From assembly GCA_964549075.1 (NCBI GenBank), contig CAZJUB010000025.1, positions 247 through 34,886 of the forward strand: a DNA stretch of 34,640 bases, written 5' to 3'. Shown piece after piece: positions 27,681 to 34,640 of the stretch. The stretch is from an uncultured archaeon. GTDB lineage: Archaea; Asgardarchaeota; Heimdallarchaeia; Heimdallarchaeales; Heimdallarchaeaceae. Under the pieces are notes generated by a model. It did not search any database and was not told where the DNA came from. It saw nothing but the letters and a program-made list of their open reading frames with translations. The translations under genes were made by a program, and so were the position numbers. How positions within the stretch are numbered: position 1 is the stretch's first letter; every line of letters begins with the position of its first letter.

Positions 27681-29068
27681 GATAGCTCACCGTCGAGAGT
27701 TTCAACCATTAACATTGTTTCATTCATAATTGATTCCCGTTCTTCTTTGTTCTCTGCACACACTCTAACTGTTAACTTTGAAGGTATAATTGTACTAAAG
27801 ATATGACTCCATTTTCTTTTATCGTGCAGTATCTTTACGCCATTTAGAGTATTTATTATCATATTTTGATTATCACTCTCATAAATCTTTTTTAAGAATA
27901 AATCTGGATTCGAAACCAAAGAATAAGGTCTTTCTTCATAATTTTCCCTATCACAAATTTTCCGATCTTCAACAAATGTTGAAAAGTATTTGTGTTTCTC
28001 ATTTCTTGCAAATGAGGTAAGTAATAACAAAGTTGATGCAAAAGGTTCTGACTCATTAGAAATTGTTGGATGGATATAATTTCCTTGTTCATTTGCAGCA
28101 AATATTGCTCTTTGGAATTGCATTGTTCTTGAAATTTCACCTGGATATTCATCAGCAAAATAGGGTTCAAGGTTATTTTCTCTTAACCAATTTTCCATAT
28201 TCCAAAGAGAATTTGAGAGAACAACTTTTCCTTTTTGTCTTCCTATCATTTTATCTTGTAAGAGTATTGAAATAATATCACAGGGTTCTATAATTCTTCC
28301 GTGTTCATCTAGAAAAATTGCTCTTGAACCACTTGGATCAAAAGCTACTCCTAAATCTGCATTGGCAGCAACCATAGTTCTTGAAAGTATTGATAAAGAA
28401 GTAGGACTAGGGAGTGATGGAGGGATTTTTGATGGTTCAAATGCATTTAGAGTCAGAACATTACAACCATCATGAGCAAGGATATTAGGAAAAACCTCAG
28501 CTACAGGCCCAAAAGCGCAATCAACTACAACAGAAAAATTTTGTTTTCTTATCGTCTCTGTCACAAAAGCAGAATTCAGTGCCGCACTATACAAATCATT
28601 TGCTTGTGTCACTGACAATATATCTGCAATCTTATCATAGGAAACACGAACTATGGGTGTTGTTTGAATTCTTTCTTTAGAGTAAATGTCTTGAAAAGGA
28701 AGTTCAATCCCAGTCTGGTCAAAAATTCTGATGTTTATTTTATCAGTAGTTCTATGAGCAGCTGCTAAATGGATTCCTGCATGTGCGCTAAATCGTCTTA
28801 AAGCAAATTGTACTACAGGTAAAGCAGCAGCATGTAAATCAAAAACCGATGTGCCAACACTTATTAAACCAGCATTAAAAGCTCGACTTATCATCCTAGT
28901 GTCTTTTCTGTAATCACGAGCAGATACAACAACAGCTTCTTCTCCACCTAAATAAGTTCCAAGAATTTCTCCTAAAGTAGAAGCCTTATCAGGAGATAAA
29001 TCAAAAGCTGTTCCTGCGAGTCTATTCTTTCTGTTCAAATTAGAAAAATCATAATTATTATCCTGCAT
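27677..29068 (-). CDS. Phosphohexomutase (PGM/PMM)-fold protein with degenerate active site
   Basis: ARDYRKDTRM, VVVDCAFG and ADLGVAFD match the fold. The TASH loop reads AAAH and DxDxDR reads DPSGSR. Confidence 0.82.
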   Translation of the reverse strand: MQDNNYDFSNLNRKNRLAGTAFDLSPDKASTLGEILGTYLGGEEAVVVSARDYRKDTRMISRAFNAGLISVGTSVFDLHAAALPVVQFALRRFSAHAGIHLAAAHRTTDKINIRIFDQTGIELPFQDIYSKERIQTTPIVRVSYDKIADILSVTQANDLYSAALNSAFVTETIRKQNFSVVVDCAFGPVAEVFPNILAHDGCNVLTLNAFEPSKIPPSLPSPTSLSILSRTMVAANADLGVAFDPSGSRAIFLDEHGRIIEPCDIISILLQDKMIGRQKGKVVLSNSLWNMENWLRENNLEPYFADEYPGEISRTMQFQRAIFAANEQGNYIHPTISNESEPFASTLLLLTSFARNEKHKYFSTFVEDRKICDRENYEERPYSLVSNPDLFLKKIYESDNQNMIINTLNGVKILHDKRKWSHIFSTIIPSKLTVRVCAENKEERESIMNETMLMVETLDGELS

Positions 29069-29116
29069 CTAATATAGAGTAATAGTTACATTTTTTAAAT
29101 GTGTTTGAACAAGATG

Positions 29117-31351
29117 TTATTTTCTTCGTTTGCGTTGTACCAAATTAACAATATAAGGAATTATAAGAAATACGCTAACTAAAGAAAATGATGATTCATC
29201 TGTATTGTTAGGAATGGTGGACGTCTCAACAGGATTTAATGGGAAGATATCAACAGAGTAAGCACTACCTGCTATCGTATAATGGTATCCATTAATATTA
29301 GACCACCAGTTACCTTCAAACGTTTCGATGTCGTACCACGTATTATTATACCCGTCATCGCTACATTGAGATAATCTGCCTGTTTCGTCTTCTATTTGAT
29401 TTTTATTGAATATATTATGATGTATTAAATTATGATCCGAATTTAGATCCAAAGAAATTGCATATACCTCATTACCAGCAAAAGTATTATACAGAAAATG
29501 TCCATATGTTGATATTTGAGCTTTCACTCCATAGAAATTCAAGCTTATATTACACCATAAAACATACACTCTATAAGAATTCAGTATGAAAATTCCATCA
29601 TAAGTTGCGTTCTTTATTATACAGTTTAGAACATTTACATTTTCCGATAATCTAAGATATATTCCGTAATCAGCATCAAATGCTTCTACATAAGAAATAG
29701 TACATCTATGAAGTTCGTAAAAATACATATTCAAATCTGTATTATTTGAGATAAATGAGTTATTTATTAAGACATCATCATTTCCTATAAAATATAAACC
29801 AAAACCATTAAAGCTTATCTCACAATTGTTTATTTCTATCTGGTCTGAATTCAAAGAATATAAACCAACCAATTGATTAGAATTCATTATACAGTTATCT
29901 ATATGTATATTTTCAGAAGAACTAGAAATAATTGCTTCAGAATTTCCATTGAATGAGGATGAGATTATACTGATATTTTGGTTGTCAATCAAATTTAAAC
30001 CAACTTCATTATTATTAACGATACTATAGGAAATTTCAATATTATGACAGAGTGCAACAGTTATTGCAGTTTGGGTGTATTGTATATTTTGATTTATTAA
30101 TACTACATCAGAACAATTAAAGAAGATTAGTTGTCCATATTCAGGTTCAGAAAGTGTAATTGAATCTTTTTCAAAGAAGTATCCAAGTTTCTTACCATTT
30201 ATCATGTTGTTTTCTATTATTAGGGTCGAAACTGCTTCTAGTTCAATTTCATCAACTGCAACACCAGTGTAGGTAAAATTGTTTTCAGTTATTGAAACAT
30301 AAAAAGAATTCGTCAACACAAATCCACTGCCACCTACATAATTAGTGAAATTATTTTTAGTAATCTCAGTATAATTGGAATTTTGAATTAGTAAACCTGC
30401 TTGGAAATTGTTTTGAAATTCATTATTTTTGAATATACAATTATTTGAACCAAAACTATGAATTCCAATATAGTTAGATTCAATTTTTAAATTCTCTACT
30501 AATATAAAAGAACAATTCATCAGATAGAGAGCTCCAATATCATTAGAGTTAATCGTTAGAGAATATGAATTTGTATGATAAATGATAGATTTCTTGTTTA
30601 TTCTATTACCTAACAATTCAAATTTTAAATAATCAAATAAGTCATCTTCGTAGATAGCAAATTTGTTGTTGGAGAGAGAATTATTATATAATTTAGATCC
30701 TTTAGCTCTCTGAGAAAGAAATCCAAATTCCTCATTATCACTTAGAAAATTATTTGTATAAGTACAGTTAGGTGAATCGAGTTCTACATTAATTCCATTA
30801 TTGAAATTTCTAGAGCAATTATTATCGAAAATAGAGCAATTTTCAGTTAATTTCACATTGATACCATTAATATTATAGCTGCAAGTATTATTTTTCACAA
30901 GCAATCCTGAACATTCTTGTAAAGATATACCATTTCCTTGTTCACTGTTGCTTATTACATTATTTGTGATATTTCCATATGGTGAGAAAATTTTCCTTAA
31001 AACAATGCCACCATATGTACAAGAATCGATAAAACAATTTTGGATTACAAAATAATGATTCGGATTATTAATATAAATCCCATAATTTTCATTTTGAATT
31101 GATAAATTCTCTATTCTGAAAGGATCTTCCAAAGTTCCATTTCCCGGAAAGTTATATTCTAAAAGATCAATATCTGAGTAAATAATTATTGAATCAGAAT
31201 TTACTAATGTTTTAATAGAAAAATTGTTTTTTTCAACGATTTCTTTGTCATATATGGTAAAAGATTGAAAATTAACTGAATATACCGATATTAAAGTCAT
31301 TATTAATAAAATAGAAATTATTGAAATTGCTGATTTTCTCATTTCTTTCAA
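29117..31351 (-). CDS. Right-handed beta-helix (NosD/PbH1 repeat) surface protein
   Basis: Signal peptide, FPGNGTLEDPFRIEN, many GIxLxxSxNxxIxNN repeats, GNWWS, DIFPL, and C-terminal TM plus RKRRK. Confidence 0.88.
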   Translation of the reverse strand: MKEMRKSAISIISILLIMTLISVYSVNFQSFTIYDKEIVEKNNFSIKTLVNSDSIIIYSDIDLLEYNFPGNGTLEDPFRIENLSIQNENYGIYINNPNHYFVIQNCFIDSCTYGGIVLRKIFSPYGNITNNVISNSEQGNGISLQECSGLLVKNNTCSYNINGINVKLTENCSIFDNNCSRNFNNGINVELDSPNCTYTNNFLSDNEEFGFLSQRAKGSKLYNNSLSNNKFAIYEDDLFDYLKFELLGNRINKKSIIYHTNSYSLTINSNDIGALYLMNCSFILVENLKIESNYIGIHSFGSNNCIFKNNEFQNNFQAGLLIQNSNYTEITKNNFTNYVGGSGFVLTNSFYVSITENNFTYTGVAVDEIELEAVSTLIIENNMINGKKLGYFFEKDSITLSEPEYGQLIFFNCSDVVLINQNIQYTQTAITVALCHNIEISYSIVNNNEVGLNLIDNQNISIISSSFNGNSEAIISSSSENIHIDNCIMNSNQLVGLYSLNSDQIEINNCEISFNGFGLYFIGNDDVLINNSFISNNTDLNMYFYELHRCTISYVEAFDADYGIYLRLSENVNVLNCIIKNATYDGIFILNSYRVYVLWCNISLNFYGVKAQISTYGHFLYNTFAGNEVYAISLDLNSDHNLIHHNIFNKNQIEDETGRLSQCSDDGYNNTWYDIETFEGNWWSNINGYHYTIAGSAYSVDIFPLNPVETSTIPNNTDESSFSLVSVFLIIPYIVNLVQRKRRK

Positions 31352-31393
31352 CTACTAATTATACAGCCATATCTTCATACATTTATATAAATG

Positions 31394-31420
31394 ACTGATT
31401 AAACTGATTAAACTGATTAG
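31394..31420. repeat. 9-bp tandem repeat (ACTGATTAA x3, last copy ACTGATTAG)
   Basis: Read directly: actgattaa actgattaa actgattag. Confidence 0.85.
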
Positions 31421-33690
31421 TTGTTTTTTCTCCTTTTATCATTGGAATAAAATATCAGTCTTAATGGTATTATTAGAATGAGAAACAATATCAGTGAAAA
31501 AGAAGTTTTTTCTGTTTGGTTATTACTAGGTGTTATGATGAAAGGATTAAGAGGGAAAACATCAATTGAACTTGAAGAACCAGCAATAATATAAGTAGAA
31601 CCTCTAATGTTAGACCACCAGTTACCTTCATATGTTTCAGTATCGTAAAAAGTATTGTTATAACCATCATCCCAGGCTTGAGATAACAAACCAGTTTCAT
31701 CATCTAATCTATTGTCTTTGAACACATTATGATAAATGAGATTATGGTTTGAATTAACATCAAAAGAGATTCCATACAATCTGTTTTGGAAAAAAGAATT
31801 GTATTTGTATATTCCATAGGAGGAATTTTTAACTTTAATTCCATATGAATTCAAACTTATGTTACTCCACATAACATTGACTCGATTAGATTCAAAGATA
31901 TATATTCCATCAGAGTAAATATTTTTAATATCACAGTTTGAAATATAGCACAAATTTGTGGTTTTCATATAGATTCCATTATCACTGTTGTTTATATCTA
32001 AGTAAGTAAGATAACAATTACTAATATCACAGAGGTATAAACTGTAATCTCTGCAATCTGCCAGCACAGAATTAGAGATATAGATATTGGAATTTTGCTC
32101 AAGATATAAACCATACCCGCAAGAACCAATATTACAGAAAGAGATTTTTGTATCATTGGAGTTTCTAATATCTAGTGCAGAAACAAGTCCAAAAAAGGTA
32201 ATATTATTTATATTGATTATTGAACAATCAGAAGCAAGAATACCGTAATAGTTGGATCTGAGTTTACAATCATGAATTGTTATATTTTGACTTCGATCCA
32301 TGATCATTCCAAAATCTGAATAATCAATCGTACAGTTTTTGATTATAAAATTCATTGATTCTATAATAGAAATAACATTTTCTTTGTGTTGTATAATCTG
32401 GTCAGAAATTGTAACATTAGAACAATTATAGAATATCAATTGACCATATTCTGGTTCATTTAAAGAGAGATTGTGTTCTTTATAGAAGTAGCTAAGATTA
32501 GAGCCATCTATCTTATTATTTTCAACTGTGATTGTTTCTATAATAGTGCTATCTATCTCTTCAAAATATATTCCTTGCCAATTAAAATTATTCTCTTTTA
32601 GTAGGATGTAGTAGGAATTAGTCAGGCTAAAACTTCTGTAATTGCTTGAAAATGTATTTGAAAGGATAACAGTAAAATTTGAATTAATAAGTTTCAGACC
32701 GTTTAGAGTATTATAACTGAACAAATTGTTTTGATAAGTACAATTACTACTTTCATAACTAAAAATACCTATTGAATTATCTTTAATAACTAAATTCTCA
32801 ATAAAAACTTGCGTACAATTAATCAGAAACAAATTTCGACATGAAGTGTCGTTAAATACGAAATTGTTCAAGTTTTTAAGATAAGTAATGTTTTTACTAT
32901 TGAATGTATTCCCTAGAATTTCATATTTTAAATAACCTTCCAAAGTATTTTCATTAATAATAAGAGAATTATCCAACAAAATATTATTGTATACAAAAGA
33001 ACCTCCAGATTGACTAAACAGTATTCCAAACTTAACATTTTTTTGAACCAAATTATTTTCGTAGAAACAATCAGAAGAATCAGCTTCTGCAAGGATTCCT
33101 GCATTTCTGTTGTTAAGGCATTTATTGTTAATTATTGAACAGTTTGATGAATTTTTTATTCTAATACCATTATAATTTTTGGAAAATGTATTACTTGTTA
33201 CAGTTATACCTTGACAGTTTTGTAAGCAAATACCATCTGATGGTTCATCATAACCATAAACTCCATTATTTGATATATTACCGTAACCTGAAAAAGTGTT
33301 TTGGATACTAATTCCGACTAACCAAGGTGAACCAATTAAGCAGTTTTGTATAATAAAATAATGTTCAACTCCACTAATTAAAATCCCATATTGTCTGGGA
33401 ATAATTGAAAAATTCTCAATTCTAAAAGGATCTTCAAAGGTTCCATTTCCAGGAAAGTTTCTAGCAACAAGTTCACCATCATTATAGATAAGAATAGGAC
33501 CTGAACTTACCAACTTGTTAATAAAAGTCTCAGAAGTAAATGAATCAGAATTTTTTTCTATTAATTCTTGATCAGAAATTATTAAAATGTCAGATAATAT
33601 AAGAGATAATATAATAGTAACAAGAAATGAAATTTTTAATCCTCTCATATCCATATCAAACTCTTGTACAAAAATTATCCTTTTACACAA
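31417..33690 (-). CDS. Right-handed beta-helix (NosD/PbH1 repeat) surface protein, tandem paralog
   Basis: Colinear with 29117..31351 (FPGNGTFEDPFRIEN, EPEYGQLIF, DETG..SQ..DDGYNNT, EGNWWSNI). The start may be ATG 33654 or 33648. Confidence 0.88.
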   Translation of the reverse strand: MCKRIIFVQEFDMDMRGLKISFLVTIILSLILSDILIISDQELIEKNSDSFTSETFINKLVSSGPILIYNDGELVARNFPGNGTFEDPFRIENFSIIPRQYGILISGVEHYFIIQNCLIGSPWLVGISIQNTFSGYGNISNNGVYGYDEPSDGICLQNCQGITVTSNTFSKNYNGIRIKNSSNCSIINNKCLNNRNAGILAEADSSDCFYENNLVQKNVKFGILFSQSGGSFVYNNILLDNSLIINENTLEGYLKYEILGNTFNSKNITYLKNLNNFVFNDTSCRNLFLINCTQVFIENLVIKDNSIGIFSYESSNCTYQNNLFSYNTLNGLKLINSNFTVILSNTFSSNYRSFSLTNSYYILLKENNFNWQGIYFEEIDSTIIETITVENNKIDGSNLSYFYKEHNLSLNEPEYGQLIFYNCSNVTISDQIIQHKENVISIIESMNFIIKNCTIDYSDFGMIMDRSQNITIHDCKLRSNYYGILASDCSIININNITFFGLVSALDIRNSNDTKISFCNIGSCGYGLYLEQNSNIYISNSVLADCRDYSLYLCDISNCYLTYLDINNSDNGIYMKTTNLCYISNCDIKNIYSDGIYIFESNRVNVMWSNISLNSYGIKVKNSSYGIYKYNSFFQNRLYGISFDVNSNHNLIYHNVFKDNRLDDETGLLSQAWDDGYNNTFYDTETYEGNWWSNIRGSTYIIAGSSSSIDVFPLNPFIITPSNNQTEKTSFSLILFLILIIPLRLIFYSNDKRRKNN

Positions 33691-33711
33691 TTAAATATGT
33701 ATCTACAAAAG

Positions 33712-34218
33712 TTAATTCTGATTACTTTCTTTAAACATATTCCAAAAATCTAGTTTTGAAAATAAAGTTGGAAAGTTCTTCTTTTTAGCAACTAATATTA
33801 AAATAAAGAACGCTAGAGAGCAAATTGCAGAAAGCACACAAAACTCGCAGAAAAACTTTATCACAAAAATCTCAATAATTGTCAAGTATATCGAGAATAT
33901 AACTCCCACTAATCCTGCTACAGGAAGAAAGAAACTCAACCAATATTCATTTTTTGTATATAATGCTAAAAATAGAATTCCAATAACCACTATGAAAAAT
34001 ATACACCCTAATAAGCTAACAGGGATTCCATTTCCTGGTGGTAATTTTGAATAAATACTCTGGCCAACAGTTGCACATTGAAAAACACCAGCATTAATCA
34101 AGCAAGCAAAATAACCTGTAAACTCCATATAATAAAGGTACAACGCATCTAGAAAACCAATTAAAGATACAATCACAGATATCTGTAGAAGCAAGTTTTT
34201 AGGCTTTTTGTCGGTCAT
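33712..34218 (-). CDS. Vitamin K epoxide reductase (VKOR) family disulfide-bond formation protein
   Basis: Loop cysteines CLINAGVFQC..V.QS.YS, GIPVSLLG, 4-5 TM helices and active-site FCEFC. Confidence 0.9.
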   Translation of the reverse strand: MTDKKPKNLLLQISVIVSLIGFLDALYLYYMEFTGYFACLINAGVFQCATVGQSIYSKLPPGNGIPVSLLGCIFFIVVIGILFLALYTKNEYWLSFFLPVAGLVGVIFSIYLTIIEIFVIKFFCEFCVLSAICSLAFFILILVAKKKNFPTLFSKLDFWNMFKESNQN

Positions 34219-34251
34219 TTTTGTAAAATTAAATAATAAATTATATAAAGG

Positions 34252-34271
34252 ATGTTAACAATTGTTAATAT
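34252..34271. promoter_or_regulatory. Palindromic operator candidate in the divergent VKOR/CpXC promoter region
   Basis: Perfect 14-bp palindrome TTAACAATTGTTAA (34255-34268) beside TATA box TTATATAAA (34241-34249). Confidence 0.5.
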
Positions 34272-34299
34272 TGGTAATAACTTATCGAAGGGGTTCATA

Positions 34300-34640
34300 T
34301 TGCCATTAAAAGAAATAGAATGCTTGAAATGTGGGACTATTCTAAAAAAGAAGGTTGGGGAAGCTATCAATTTAACTGAAAATCCCAAGATCATCAAAGA
34401 CATAATTGAAGGGAAAATTAACTTTTCTTATAGCCCAAACTGTAAGACAAAAATTGAACATAAATCTCATGTATTACTTACTTATCTTGATCCACCAAGT
34501 TGGATTTGGCTAGTATCAAAAAGATTTCAAAATCCTGAGTATTGTGAAGAATTCTTTACTTCTGTACTTCCACCAGGATCAGCAGAATTTATTGATCAAG
34601 ACATGGTATTTGTGGAATTTGGAAAACCTTGTGAAAGTTT
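34300..34640 (+). CDS. CpXC-domain-like protein, truncated by the window end
   Basis: Hand-translated open frame from TTG 34300 after GAAGGGG: MPLKEIECLKCG...INLTENPKIIKDIIEGKINFSYSPNCK...TYLDPPSWIWLV. No stop before 34640. Confidence 0.7.
   Translation, partial: MPLKEIECLKCGTILKKKVGEAINLTENPKIIKDIIEGKINFSYSPNCKTKIEHKSHVLLTYLDPPSWIWLVSKRFQNPEYCEEFFTSVLPPGSAEFIDQDMVFVEFGKPCES

Noticed and set aside
776-28275. Short overlapping ORFs in the track (776, 1566, 1700, 4969, 5513, 7981, 8337, 9444, 10116, 15635, 18488, 18831, 21817, 23447, 27892, 28063)
   Set aside because: All lie antisense or out of frame within or across well-supported genes and show no recognisable motifs.
34215-34403. 62-aa minus-strand ORF upstream of VKOR
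   Set aside because: It spans the TATA/palindrome region and is antisense to the better-supported CpXC-like frame.

Overview
AT-rich, gene-dense archaeal chromosomal region. It is most likely from an Asgard archaeon (Heimdallarchaeia-like). This is inferred from two tandem Rab-like small GTPases, GGTGA/GAGG ribosome-binding sites, BRE/TATA promoters, a UPF0282 gene and many C-terminally anchored surface proteins. In order, the window holds: a PLP class V enzyme, the GTPase pair, two unannotated duplicated basic microproteins, DUF1475, an MFS transporter, a K+-independent membrane pyrophosphatase, hydrolases and peptidase T. Next comes an extracytoplasmic thiol-redox cluster (three TlpA-like domains, CcdA, two paralogous Cys-containing surface proteins, and a TlpA-TM-8Cys zinc-finger fusion), preceded by an attenuator-like intergenic structure, then a DAK2/NTPase pair. 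A glycogen locus follows with no glgC in view (GalT-like enzyme, GH57, glgA, GH57 branching enzyme, a catalytically degenerate phosphohexomutase, a zinc-ribbon microprotein), interrupted by an FG-GAP adhesin. The window ends with two tandem beta-helix surface proteins, VKOR and a truncated CpXC gene. I recognised no rRNA, tRNA, CRISPR array or transposase. All calls come from reading motifs by eye, without database searches.
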